DNA of 64,000 bases, taken from NCBI GenBank assembly GCA_963764715.1, contig CAVXTP010000003.1, forward strand, positions 1 to 64,000, read 5' to 3'. The notes beneath the pieces were generated by a model. That model was not told where the DNA came from. It saw only the letters and a list, made by a program, of their open reading frames with translations, and ran no database searches. Source of the DNA: an uncultured Acidobacteriota bacterium. GTDB lineage: Bacteria; Acidobacteriota; Thermoanaerobaculia; UBA5066; Gp7-AA6. Made by a program: the position numbers and the translations under genes. How positions within the stretch are numbered: the stretch's first letter is position 1; each line of letters begins with the position of its first letter. Of this stretch, positions 1 to 11,149 are shown piece by piece.

Positions 1-446
1 ATCACGCCGATGACCCAGTTGAACTCGCGGGGCGGCTTGTACGAGCCCGTCATGAACACGCGGAACATGTGGATCCAGACCGAGATGACCATCGCGTGCG
101 CGCCCCAGCGGTGGACCTCGCGCATGATGCCGAACGGGACCTGCTCGCGCAGGTCGAGGATGTCGACGAAGGCGTACTCGACGGTCGGCCGGTAGTAGAA
201 CATCAGCAGGAGGCCGGTGAACGTCAGGACGAGGAAGAGGAAGAAGGTCACGCCGCCGGCGCACCACGTGTAGCGCATCTTGACGCCCGACTTGCGGGTC
301 TTGACCGGGTGCAGGTGCAGGACGACGTTCCCGAGCATCGCCAGCACGCGCTTGCGATTGGTGTCCGGGATCCCGACGCGGAAGATGGATTTCCAGAGCT
401 GGCTCGAGACGATCGCTTGCTGGATGTCACGCCATCGAGAACCCAA
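1..446 (-). CDS. petB: Cytochrome b (b6-type N-terminal part) of a Rieske/cytb complex, truncated by window edge
   Basis: Not in ORF track. Hand translation from TTG at 446 (GGAGG upstream): MGSRW..VLHLHP..TGLLLMFYYRP..REVHRWGAHAMVISVWIHMFRVFMTGSYKPPREFNWVIGV, with heme-ligand His pattern and the PRE.NW motif. Directly downstream of the Rieske gene. Confidence 0.93.
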   Translation of the reverse strand, partial: MGSRWRDIQQAIVSSQLWKSIFRVGIPDTNRKRVLAMLGNVVLHLHPVKTRKSGVKMRYTWCAGGVTFFLFLVLTFTGLLLMFYYRPTVEYAFVDILDLREQVPFGIMREVHRWGAHAMVISVWIHMFRVFMTGSYKPPREFNWVIGV

Positions 447-485
447 TCGAACCTCCGCTGCCTGTTGGTGGTTTCGAAACGCGGC

Positions 486-1028
486 CTAAGCCATCTTGAC
501 GAATGCCTTGGGATCGCTCCACTGGCCGCGCTCGTAGAGGTAGCGCGTCGCTTTGTCGACGATGATCTGGCCGTCCTCGGCCGAGACCCCGATCTCCGCT
601 CGCTCCAGCGGCCGCGGGGCGGGGCCCTCGAAGTTGATGCCCGAGACGTAGTAGCCCGAGCCGTGGCAGGGGCACTTGAACTTGTTCTGCGCCGCGAGCC
701 AGTTGGGCGTGCAGCCGAGGTGAACGCAGACGGCCACCAGGGCGTAAATCGAGTGGGTGTCCCGGACGATCCAGACCCCGTACTTCTCCTTCCACCGCTC
801 GTCCACGCCCAGGGCGTAGGTCGAGGGGTCGCCCGCCTTGAACCGCGTGGGCGGCTCGAAGAGGACGTTGGGAAAGAGGAAGCGGACGGTGGCCGTCAGG
901 CCGGCGGCCGTCGCGGCCGCGAAACCCGTCCAGGCGAGGGTCATCCACTTCAGGGTGGAGCGCCGGGTGACCCCGTCGAGGGTGACGTCGGGCGGTGGCG
1001 TGGGGACGCTGTTCGGGGCCGTAGACAT
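486..1028 (-). CDS. petC: Rieske 2Fe-2S subunit of cytochrome bc/b6f-type complex
   Basis: Tat-like TRR plus TM helix; CVHLGC and CPCHGS boxes; GPAPRPL. Confidence 0.95.
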   Translation of the reverse strand: MSTAPNSVPTPPPDVTLDGVTRRSTLKWMTLAWTGFAAATAAGLTATVRFLFPNVLFEPPTRFKAGDPSTYALGVDERWKEKYGVWIVRDTHSIYALVAVCVHLGCTPNWLAAQNKFKCPCHGSGYYVSGINFEGPAPRPLERAEIGVSAEDGQIIVDKATRYLYERGQWSDPKAFVKMA

Positions 1029-1042
1029 CGATTCTCGGGGCC

Positions 1043-1984
1043 TCAGCCTACCAAAAGGGTGTCGGAACCCTCAAGACGTTTCGCTCCCGGGCCGCGCGTC
1101 GCCTCGGCCGCGCGGCGGGCCGCGTCGCGCACGCGCAGGTTCGGGTCGCTCTTCGCGAGCGCCTCGATCTGCGGCAGCGTCTCGGGGTCCCTGAGCAGGG
1201 CGAGGGCCTTCAGCGCGTTGACCATGGCCGCCTCCGCCTGCTCGCTCGAGATCGTGGCCTGGCGCGCGAGCGCGTCCCGGTCGATCATCGACCGCAGCAC
1301 CGGGAGGCCGGAGCGGTCGCCGAGCTCCGCGAGCGCGATCGCGGCGTTCCAGCGCACGTCGGCGACCTTGTCCTCGGCGAGGACCCGCAACCGGGGGATG
1401 GCGCGCGGGTCCTTGAGCTGCCCGAGGACGTAGGCCGCCATCTTCCGCGCGCCGGCGTCCTCGGATTGGGACGAAGCGAGCACCGTGTCGACCGCCTTGG
1501 GGTCCCCGATCCGGCCGAGGGCCCAGACCGCGTAGAGCCGCGTGTCCGCGTCGGGGTCGGTCGCCGCCGCCTGGAGGGCGGGCACCGCCGAGCGCTCGCC
1601 GAGCCGGCCGAGAACGAGGACGAGGTACCGGCGCACGGGCACGTCGTCCGGCCGCCCGGCCGACAACCCCTCGAAGATCCGGAGCGTCTCCGCGGTCAGC
1701 GAGGCGCGCTCCTCGGGAGGAAGGTTCCCGAGCGAGCGGGAGAGCTCGAAGGCCGCCTGCCAGCGGCGGTTCGCCGTCCCGCCCCGGACCTCCTCGAGAT
1801 AGTCGCGGGGGCTGCGCCGCTCGAAGGTCATGAGGTTGAAGACGAGAAAGATCCCGACCGCCGCGCCGACCACCAGCAGCGGCAGGAGGAAGAAGCGTGC
1901 GATCAGGCGCGCCGCGCCGCGGGGCTCCCCCGCCGCGTCTTCGTCGTCGTCGGGGGGCGCGGCGTCCCGCGGCGTCTCGGTCAC
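1043..1984 (-). CDS. Membrane-anchored HEAT-repeat protein
   Basis: GTG at 1984 overlaps the ferredoxin stop (GTGA); one TM (FFLLPLLVVGAAVGIFLVF) then repeated VR..A..ALG.LGD HEAT units. Confidence 0.8.
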   Translation of the reverse strand: MTETPRDAAPPDDDEDAAGEPRGAARLIARFFLLPLLVVGAAVGIFLVFNLMTFERRSPRDYLEEVRGGTANRRWQAAFELSRSLGNLPPEERASLTAETLRIFEGLSAGRPDDVPVRRYLVLVLGRLGERSAVPALQAAATDPDADTRLYAVWALGRIGDPKAVDTVLASSQSEDAGARKMAAYVLGQLKDPRAIPRLRVLAEDKVADVRWNAAIALAELGDRSGLPVLRSMIDRDALARQATISSEQAEAAMVNALKALALLRDPETLPQIEALAKSDPNLRVRDAARRAAEATRGPGAKRLEGSDTLLVG

Positions 1985-2427
1985 AGGACCGGGAGGTACC
2001 GTTTCGCCTGCGTGATCGGGTTGGGGACGAAGATGGCGTCCTTCTCGCAGACGGTTTCGCAGAGCCGGCAGGAGACGCAGGGCCCGGCGTCGACCTCGGC
2101 GATCTTGTGGAAGGTCTCGTGGAGCGGGTCGTCGATCAGGTAGATGCAGTCGAACGGGCAGATGTCGATGCAGAACTCGCAGCCCGTGCAGAGGTCCCGA
2201 TCCACGATCGCCTTGGGGATGTCCTTCGGCCGGACCTTCTCGACGAGCTCCCCCTTCTGGTCCTGGATGCAGGAGACGGGGCAGTACCGGGCGCAGACCG
2301 AGCAGTCGATGCACCGGTCGTGGTGGATCACGTACTTCTCGTTCTTGTCGCCCGTGATCGTGTGCGTGGGGCACTTGATTTCGCACACCCCGCACCCGAT
2401 GCACGTCTCGGTGATGAAATGAGGCAT
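1981..2427 (-). CDS. Polyferredoxin with four [4Fe-4S] motifs
   Basis: MPHFITETC start; CIGCGVCEIKCP, CIDCSVCARYCP, CTGCEFCIDICP, CVSCRLCETVCE. Confidence 0.92.
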   Translation of the reverse strand: MPHFITETCIGCGVCEIKCPTHTITGDKNEKYVIHHDRCIDCSVCARYCPVSCIQDQKGELVEKVRPKDIPKAIVDRDLCTGCEFCIDICPFDCIYLIDDPLHETFHKIAEVDAGPCVSCRLCETVCEKDAIFVPNPITQAKRYLPVL

Positions 2428-2509
2428 AAAGCTCGCCGCAACAACCCCTTGCGGGGCGCTCCCACGGGGCAAACTACCACAAGGGGCCGCGTCGCCGAAG
2501 CCCGCCCGC

Positions 2510-2534
2510 GAACTTTCGGGGACAGCGTGCGTTA
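2510..2534 (+). promoter_or_regulatory. Putative ECF-sigma promoter
   Basis: GAAC-N16-CGTT about 25 nt upstream of the ATG at 2559. Confidence 0.35.
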
Positions 2535-2558
2535 GGAACCGGTGGGAGACTACGCGAG

Positions 2559-3143
2559 ATGAACAAGGAAACGCGGGCCATCGTCCTGGGGCTCTTCGTG
2601 GTCGTGGTCTTCGCCCTGGGTCTGGCCTACTGGCGGGGGCCGGCGCGCGACTTCCACCGGATCCGCGGCTTCCGCGTCGAGGTCAAGAAGACGGAAGGAG
2701 ACGAGACGCGCAAGTTCTCGGTCCACGTGCCGGTCGCGCTCATCGCGCAGCTGACGCGGCTCGCGCACATCGACGACGCCATCGACGGCGACATCCGCAC
2801 GGCCTGGGACAAGCACGACGTGACGCCGCGCCAGATCCTCGACGCCGCCGACGCCAGCACTCCCGAGAAGCCCGGGATCATCCAGAAGGACGACCAGACG
2901 ATCGAAGTCCGTTCCGACGGCAACGCCATCCAGATCGACGTCAAGGACGACTGGGACAAGCGGGTCCACATCCGGCTGCCGCGCTCGCTCGTGGAGGTTT
3001 TCTCCGCCGACCACCCCATTTCGGCGCGCGACCTGCTCCGCCACCTCGACGAGCTCGATCCGGGCGACCTCGTGACGATCCGGGACCGGGACGACGAGAT
3101 CACGATCACCGCCGAGCCGCGCCGCGGGCTGCGGATCTCCTGA
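2559..3143 (+). CDS. Hypothetical membrane-anchored protein
   Basis: N-terminal TM, GGGAG RBS, natural composition; internal duplication of a V(H/R).P..L motif. Confidence 0.75.
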   Translation: MNKETRAIVLGLFVVVVFALGLAYWRGPARDFHRIRGFRVEVKKTEGDETRKFSVHVPVALIAQLTRLAHIDDAIDGDIRTAWDKHDVTPRQILDAADASTPEKPGIIQKDDQTIEVRSDGNAIQIDVKDDWDKRVHIRLPRSLVEVFSADHPISARDLLRHLDELDPGDLVTIRDRDDEITITAEPRRGLRIS

Positions 3144-3175
3144 ACGCGGCGGCACCCGCGGGTTAAGCTCTGGGC

Positions 3176-5210
<2,035 letters not shown>

Positions 5211-5218
<8 letters not shown>

Positions 5219-5315
5219 GGCCCGCCGGCGGCGGGGACCCGGCCTCGCAGTGATCCTGGTGCTGCTCTACGGGCTGCTCTTCCTCGCCGCGCTTCTCTGG
5301 ATGCGCGGCCGATGA
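5211..5315 (+). CDS. Putative 34-aa single-pass membrane microprotein
   Basis: [34 protein letters not shown]; overlaps the yyaL stop and shares ATGA with the HDAC start; below the ORF-track cutoff. Confidence 0.55.
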
Positions 5316-6346
5316 CGACCGGGCTCCTCGACGACGACGCCTTCCTCCTTCACCGGGCGCCCTACGACCACCCCGAGAACCCGGGCCGTCTCGAGTGGAT
5401 CCGGCGCCGCCTCGCGTCCGACGGCCTCGCCGCGCGCTGCGTCCGCGTGCCCGCGCGAGAGGCCGGGAACGAGGAGCTGCTGCGGGTCCACTCCCCCGTC
5501 CACCTCGCCCGCATCGCGCGGACGGCCGAGGCCGCGCACCTCCAGCTCGATCCCGACACCTACACCTGCCGCGACTCCGCGCGCGCGGCGCGCCTGGCCG
5601 CGGGAGGCCTGATCAACCTCGCGGCGGGGATCGCCTCGGGCCGCCTCTCGAACGGGTTCGCGCTCGTCCGGCCTCCGGGCCACCACGCGGAAGCCGGGCG
5701 GGCCATGGGCTTCTGCCTCTTCAACAACGTCGCCGTGGCGGCACGCGCTCTCCAGGCCTCGGGCGCCGCCGAGCGGATCCTGATCGTGGACTGGGACCTC
5801 CACCACGGCAACGGCACGCAGCGCACCTTCTGGGAGGACCCGACCGTCTTGTATTTCTCGACCCACCAGTTCCCCTTCTACCCGGGCTCCGGCGCGCTCG
5901 AGGAGATCGGCGGCGGTCCGGGCCGCGGATTCACCGTCAACGTCCCGTGGGGCGGCGGCATGGGCGACGCCGAGCACCTGGCGGCGTTCGACCGCGTGCT
6001 CCTGCCCATCGCCCGGCTCTTCGCCCCGGACTTCGTCCTCGTCTCGGCGGGCTTCGACGCGGCGGACGGGGATCCGCTCGGCGACATGCACGTGACCCCC
6101 GCCGGCTACGCGCGGCTGACCGCGCGGCTCCAGACGCTCGCCGGCGGGCGGCTGGCGCTCGCGCTCGAGGGCGGCTACAACCTCGAGGCGATCGCGGCCT
6201 CGGCGGCCGCCTGCGTGCGCATGCTGCTCGGCGAACCCGTCGAGGGAAGCGAGCCGGGGAACCCTTCGCCCGCGGCCGCGCGGGTCCTCGACGCCGTCCT
6301 GGCCGTGCAGAAACCCTTCTGGCCGGGTCTCGGAGGCATGCGATGA
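5312..6346 (+). CDS. Histone deacetylase family (Zn-dependent) amidohydrolase
   Basis: HPE, RPPGHHA, GFC, DWDLHHGNGTQ, SAGFD, LEGGY. Confidence 0.95.
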   Translation: MTTGLLDDDAFLLHRAPYDHPENPGRLEWIRRRLASDGLAARCVRVPAREAGNEELLRVHSPVHLARIARTAEAAHLQLDPDTYTCRDSARAARLAAGGLINLAAGIASGRLSNGFALVRPPGHHAEAGRAMGFCLFNNVAVAARALQASGAAERILIVDWDLHHGNGTQRTFWEDPTVLYFSTHQFPFYPGSGALEEIGGGPGRGFTVNVPWGGGMGDAEHLAAFDRVLLPIARLFAPDFVLVSAGFDAADGDPLGDMHVTPAGYARLTARLQTLAGGRLALALEGGYNLEAIAASAAACVRMLLGEPVEGSEPGNPSPAAARVLDAVLAVQKPFWPGLGGMR

Positions 6347-6361
6347 TCCGCTCCGGAGCCC

Positions 6362-6390
6362 ATTCATCTTCCGTTCATCGACCTTTGACC
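6362..6390 (+). promoter_or_regulatory. Three direct repeats with 11-nt period (OmpR/PhoP-type box candidate)
   Basis: ATTCATC / GTTCATC / TTTGACC at 6362, 6373 and 6384, just upstream of 6405. Confidence 0.35.
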
Positions 6391-6404
6391 AGGATCGGCC
6401 CTCG

Positions 6405-7100
6405 ATGAGCCAGCTCGCCCGGACCGTCCGCGCCGCCGCCCTACTCCTCCTGCCGGCGTACGCGAGCCTCGCCTACGTCGTCGTGCCCCTGTCCTGGCGC
6501 GGCTACCACCGGATCGCCCGGCGAGGACCGATGCCCGGCTGCACGCGGACGGCCGAAGGGATCCCGGGCGATCCGCTCAACGTCGCTTTCACCGGCTCGC
6601 GCGAGGACGTCGTCGCCGCGATGACGTCGGCCGGCTGGCACGCCGCCGACCGGATCACGCTCGCCTCGGGCTGGCGCGACGCCGCCAGCATCCTCCTCGA
6701 CCGACCCTACCCCTCCGCCCCGATGAGCACGCAGTTTCTCTTCGGCCGCCCGCAGGACCTCGCCTTCGAGCGGTCCGAGGGCCGGAGCCCCCGGCGCCGC
6801 CACCACGTCCGGCTGTGGCAGTCCGGCGGGTCCACCTGGATCGGTGCGGCGACCTTCGACCGCTCGGTCGGCGTTTCGCGCTTCACCGGCGAGGTCATGC
6901 ACCACATCGACCCGGACATCGACAGCGAGCGCCGGACGCTGTTCGAGGACCTGCGCCGCGCCGGGCGGATCGCGCGGGTCGACGTGCGCCCGGCCGAGCG
7001 AGGCGCGATCGAAGGCCGCAACGGCGGCGGCGACCGCTACCGGACGGACGGGCGTCTCTGGACGGGCGTCCTCGCGCCGCTCACGGCGACTGCAGGATGA
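6405..7100 (+). CDS. LssY C-terminal domain-like protein
   Basis: DPLNVAF.G, YPSAPMS..LFGRPQDLAFE, RHHVRLW, WIGAATFD, HHIDPDID.ER. Confidence 0.8.
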   Translation: MSQLARTVRAAALLLLPAYASLAYVVVPLSWRGYHRIARRGPMPGCTRTAEGIPGDPLNVAFTGSREDVVAAMTSAGWHAADRITLASGWRDAASILLDRPYPSAPMSTQFLFGRPQDLAFERSEGRSPRRRHHVRLWQSGGSTWIGAATFDRSVGVSRFTGEVMHHIDPDIDSERRTLFEDLRRAGRIARVDVRPAERGAIEGRNGGGDRYRTDGRLWTGVLAPLTATAG

Positions 7101-9444
7101 GGACGTCCGCCGCGGGCGCGGTTCCGATCTCGAAATAGCGGCCGGCGCGCCACTCCGGCAGCAGGTCCCGGTAACGGCGGTCGAACACGTTGCCCGATTG
7201 CCCCGTCGTGTGGACGTACCGGCTGCGCGGGAGCGCGCCGAGATCCACGATCTGGCGGTAGCTCGGCCCGTCGCCCATCGCGAAGGAGCCGTCCTGCGCG
7301 ACGGATCCGACGTTGACCGTCGAGCCGTCGCCGCCCTGGCCGACTTCGAGGTCGAAGAAGCGCCGCAACACCGGCACCTCGTGAAAGACGTCGTGCGGGA
7401 AAACCGCCCTGTGCAGCCGGTCCCAGCGCCAGGCGGACGGGTCCGGCCCGAGGAGGCGCGCGAGCTTCGCCGTCGCCCGTGAGAGCGCCGCCGCCTTGAA
7501 CGCCGCGCACGTCTCGACGGCCGGGGTCCGGACGTCGTCGCACCACTCCGGCCGCCCGCGCAGGACCTCGAGGACGAAGCGGGCCCGCGTCGCGCCGCGC
7601 GGAACGCCCGCGAGCTCGTCCTCCGGCATCTTCGCGAGCTCGTCGAACCAGGCTTCGTAGATCGCCGCCGCCGCGGAGTCCGGGGCCATGTCGCCGTTCC
7701 AGCCGGCGAGGCGTACGAGGGCATCGCGCGAAGCGGGGTCGGCCGGCGCGGTGTCGGAAAGAAGCGGGAGGAGCTCCTTCGCCCGGAGCGACACCCGGTC
7801 GAGCTGGATCGCGGCGACGTCCTCCGGCGTCAGCCGGTCCCGGCCTTCGAGAAGCCCGGCGATGCGCGCCGCCCGGTAGGGCTCGGCCCACGTGAGGCCG
7901 AAGGGATAGGGCTCCGACGGCACGACGCGGTTGTTGGCCGTCACGAAGGCGCCGCGGGAAGGATCGACCGAGAACGGAAGGTCCTCGGCCGCGGTCCGTC
8001 CCGCCCAGTCGTCCTCGCCCCCGCCCGACACGGGAAGAAGCCCGTCGGCCCGCGGCCGCACGGGCATCGACCCCGTTGCGGCGTACGCGATGTGCCCGTC
8101 GACGTCGGCGTACAGGAGGTTCTGCGCGGGGGCCTGGATCCGGCGCGCCGCCGCCAGGAACTCGTCCCAGTTCCGCGCGGATTCGAGCGCGAAGAAGGCC
8201 TCGACCGTGCCGCCGCCGGCGTCGAGGCCCGTCCAGGCCAGGGCGACGGCCGGCCCGAGCCGGTCGGCTCCCGCGAACGCGTCGGTCACGATCGGGCCGT
8301 GGACGGAGCTCCGCACCGTCAGCGCGACGTCGGCGGCGCCGCGGACCCGGATCGTCTCGCGGCGCTCCTCGAACCGCTTCCACTCGCCGCGGTGGCGGTA
8401 GCGCGAGAGGTCCTTCGGATCGACCTCTTCGACGAAGAGGTCCTGCACGTCCGGCTCGAGGGACGTGATGCCCCAGGCGACCCGGTCGTTGTGGCCGATG
8501 ACGATGCCCGGCACGCCGGGAAGCGTCGCGCCCGTGGCCCGGAGGCCCGGCGCCTCGATCGACGCGAGGTACCAGACCGACGGCGCCCGGAGGCCCAGGT
8601 GGGGATCGTTGGCGAGGATGGGCTTCCCGCTCGCCGTGCGCGAGCCCGCGAGAACCCAGGAGTTGCTGCCGAGGTCCTCGCCGGCCGCGATGCCCAGCGC
8701 CGCCACCGAGTCGAACGCGGCGGCGAGCGAGCCCCAGGCCGCCGCGGACGGACGCGAGCGGGCGGACGAGGACGTCCCGGCCGCGGGGACCCGCCACTCG
8801 CCTTCCGCGAGGATCGCGGGCGCGGACGCCGGCAGCGGCAGAAGCTGCGACGCCCGCTCGGCGCCCACCGCCTCGACGAAGCGCGCCCGGCGGATCTCGT
8901 CGCGCGCGTTGCCGGCGAGGTCCCAGGCCATCATCTTTCCCCAGACGAGGGTGTCGACCGGAGTCCACGGCTCAGGCAACACGCGGAGGATCCGGAACTC
9001 GATCGGGCGCGCCGGGTCGGCGGCGACGAAGGCGTTGACGCCGGCGGCGTAGGCCTCGAGCGCCCGCCGCGTGGAAGCCGAGAGGGTCGGCCACGAGGCT
9101 TGCGCGGCGCGCCGGAAGCCGACCGTCCGAAGGAATCGGTCCGCCGGCACGAGCCCGGGGCCGAGGATCTCGGCGAGCCGCCCGGAGCCCAGGCGGCGCT
9201 GGAACTCCATCTGCCAGAGACGGTCCCGGGCGTGCGCGTAGCCGAGGCCGTACATCGCGTCGTTGGCCGATCCGGCGTGGATCGTGGGCACGCCGCGGCC
9301 GTCGGTCTCGATCCGGACGGGGGCCGCGAGTCCGGCCACGCGGACCGTCCCGCGCATCCGGGGGAACGTCCGGAAGATCAGCCAGCCGGCATAGAGCGCG
9401 GCCGCCGCGAGAAGGACCGCCAGGGCGAGGAGCGCCTTCCTCAA
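7081..9444 (-). CDS. Penicillin acylase family Ntn-hydrolase (peptidase S45)
   Basis: TTG start overlapping the upstream stop; GYAHARDRLWQM, GSNSWV (catalytic Ser), ANDPHL, TANNR, GQSGN. Confidence 0.93.
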   Translation of the reverse strand: MRKALLALAVLLAAAALYAGWLIFRTFPRMRGTVRVAGLAAPVRIETDGRGVPTIHAGSANDAMYGLGYAHARDRLWQMEFQRRLGSGRLAEILGPGLVPADRFLRTVGFRRAAQASWPTLSASTRRALEAYAAGVNAFVAADPARPIEFRILRVLPEPWTPVDTLVWGKMMAWDLAGNARDEIRRARFVEAVGAERASQLLPLPASAPAILAEGEWRVPAAGTSSSARSRPSAAAWGSLAAAFDSVAALGIAAGEDLGSNSWVLAGSRTASGKPILANDPHLGLRAPSVWYLASIEAPGLRATGATLPGVPGIVIGHNDRVAWGITSLEPDVQDLFVEEVDPKDLSRYRHRGEWKRFEERRETIRVRGAADVALTVRSSVHGPIVTDAFAGADRLGPAVALAWTGLDAGGGTVEAFFALESARNWDEFLAAARRIQAPAQNLLYADVDGHIAYAATGSMPVRPRADGLLPVSGGGEDDWAGRTAAEDLPFSVDPSRGAFVTANNRVVPSEPYPFGLTWAEPYRAARIAGLLEGRDRLTPEDVAAIQLDRVSLRAKELLPLLSDTAPADPASRDALVRLAGWNGDMAPDSAAAAIYEAWFDELAKMPEDELAGVPRGATRARFVLEVLRGRPEWCDDVRTPAVETCAAFKAAALSRATAKLARLLGPDPSAWRWDRLHRAVFPHDVFHEVPVLRRFFDLEVGQGGDGSTVNVGSVAQDGSFAMGDGPSYRQIVDLGALPRSRYVHTTGQSGNVFDRRYRDLLPEWRAGRYFEIGTAPAADVLILQSP

Positions 9445-10067
9445 GCGGCGAGGCGGGTGAGCTGCCGGTCGTGGAGGCGCGACAGCGTCAGCTGGGCCGT
9501 GAGCGCGCCCACGAGGCAGAGGAACATGTCCCACTGCGTGTCCCAGACGTCGCCCTGCGTGCCGAGAAACGCCGTGGCGGCCTCGCCCGACGCCAGCGCC
9601 GTCCACCACTCGGTGAACTCGTAGAAGGCCGAGATCGCGAGGCAGATGCACGTGACGAGGAAGAACACCCAGCCGCCGGGCTTCAGCGGCGTCTTGCGGA
9701 GCAGGATCTCGCGGGCGACGATCGCCGGCACGAAGCCCTGCGCGAAGTGGCCGAGGCGGTCGTAGTGGTTGCGGGCGAGGCCCAGCAGGTCGCGGAACCA
9801 GAAGCCCAGGGGGACCTCCGCGTAGGTGTAATGGCCGCCGAGCATCAGGATGCACGCGTGGGCGAGGATCAGCCGGTACGCCAGCGGCGTCAGCGGAAAG
9901 CGGCGATAGGTCGCGACGAGGATGACGGCCGCGACGATCGCCGGCGCGACCTCGAGGATCCAGGTGTAGCGGTCCTTCGGCGAGATGCCCGAGAGGACGA
10001 GCAACGCCGCGCCGACGGCCAGCAGGACCGACGGTTCGCGGCGCCGCTCCGGAGGAGCCGCGGTCAT
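9441..10067 (-). CDS. DUF2238 (YjdF-like) inner membrane protein
   Basis: GGHYTYAEVPLG, RNHYDRLGHFAQG, FLGTQGDVWDTQWDM. Confidence 0.9.
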   Translation of the reverse strand: MTAAPPERRREPSVLLAVGAALLVLSGISPKDRYTWILEVAPAIVAAVILVATYRRFPLTPLAYRLILAHACILMLGGHYTYAEVPLGFWFRDLLGLARNHYDRLGHFAQGFVPAIVAREILLRKTPLKPGGWVFFLVTCICLAISAFYEFTEWWTALASGEAATAFLGTQGDVWDTQWDMFLCLVGALTAQLTLSRLHDRQLTRLAA

Positions 10068-10080
10068 CCGGACCGGCGGC

Positions 10081-10527
10081 TCAGCTCTGCCAGTCGGCGA
10101 CGATGCGGACCGACTTGATGACCTTCCACTCGGAGGCCTTCACCTTGAGGTCCACCTTGCAGGGATAGTCCTTGTAGCCCCCGCCGAGCATGCACAGCTT
10201 CGAGGCGGTCGCGACCTGCGTGCCGCTCTCGTCCAGCATGCGCGTGTAGATCTCGACCTTGTGCATCTGGCCGTCCGAGTTGGAGCCGAGGAACGTCCAG
10301 TCCCCGACGACCGGATCGGCCTCGCCCTCGGACGTCAGCGTCAGCTTCACCGACGTCAGCGTCGCCTCGAAGGCGTTGGCCTTGTAGGCGAGGCCGTAGA
10401 GAGGCTCGACCTTGCCGGGCTCCGGCACGGAGATGACCGTCTGCTTGCGCATCATCAGGGGCGCCGCGAAGACCATGGGCACGATCGCCAGGAGAGTGAG
10501 GTACACGGAAAGGGTCCGTCGAATCAT
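10081..10527 (-). CDS. Hypothetical secreted beta-rich protein
   Basis: GAGGAG RBS, signal peptide, natural composition, two Cys. Confidence 0.75.
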   Translation of the reverse strand: MIRRTLSVYLTLLAIVPMVFAAPLMMRKQTVISVPEPGKVEPLYGLAYKANAFEATLTSVKLTLTSEGEADPVVGDWTFLGSNSDGQMHKVEIYTRMLDESGTQVATASKLCMLGGGYKDYPCKVDLKVKASEWKVIKSVRIVADWQS

Positions 10528-10563
10528 GAGCTCCTCCTCGAGGCCCGAAAGGCCGGACCTCGC

Positions 10564-11106
10564 CTAGTCCCGGGTTTCCTGGAATCCGTCGGTCAGGATT
10601 TCGGCGAGGTTATAGGAGCCCGGAGCGAAGTGCAACGTGAGGGCACCCTCCTCGAACACCGTCCGCTCGAGCGAGAGGTCGACGCCCGGGGGCATCCACT
10701 CGGTCAGGTTGACGACCATGATCCGGTCGTCGCGGTACCAGGTCAGGAGGCCCTCCGGCGCCCGCTCGACGAGGTACGTCAGGAGCTGGTCTGGAATCGG
10801 GATGAAGGAGAGGGCCTGGACCCGGTCGAGGACGAAGGCGAGGAACCCGTCTTTCAGGCGAAGCTGCGAGAGTGTCGCCCGCGCCGAGAGGGGCACGCCG
10901 AAACGGTGGACGACGAGCGTGGCCGAGAGCTCTCCCCGGGTGACCCGGATCTTCAGGTCCTGGAGATCGGGGACCTCGTCGACGAGCCGGTGAACCAGGG
11001 CGTTCAGGGTCCGCTCATCGAACGTCAGGGCCAGGCCGCTCCAGCGGACCCGGAGTCCCTCGTCCTCGGCCGGCGCCGCGGCGGGCGCCGCCGCCTGTTG
11101 TTTCAT
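10564..11106 (-). CDS. Hypothetical protein
   Basis: Natural composition; start probably MKQQ at 11106, after a TAAAAT box. Confidence 0.7.
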   Translation of the reverse strand: MKQQAAAPAAAPAEDEGLRVRWSGLALTFDERTLNALVHRLVDEVPDLQDLKIRVTRGELSATLVVHRFGVPLSARATLSQLRLKDGFLAFVLDRVQALSFIPIPDQLLTYLVERAPEGLLTWYRDDRIMVVNLTEWMPPGVDLSLERTVFEEGALTLHFAPGSYNLAEILTDGFQETRD

Positions 11107-11149
11107 GTCTGCGCCCATTTTACGCCTCTTCCGAGGCGTCGGGGCGCGC

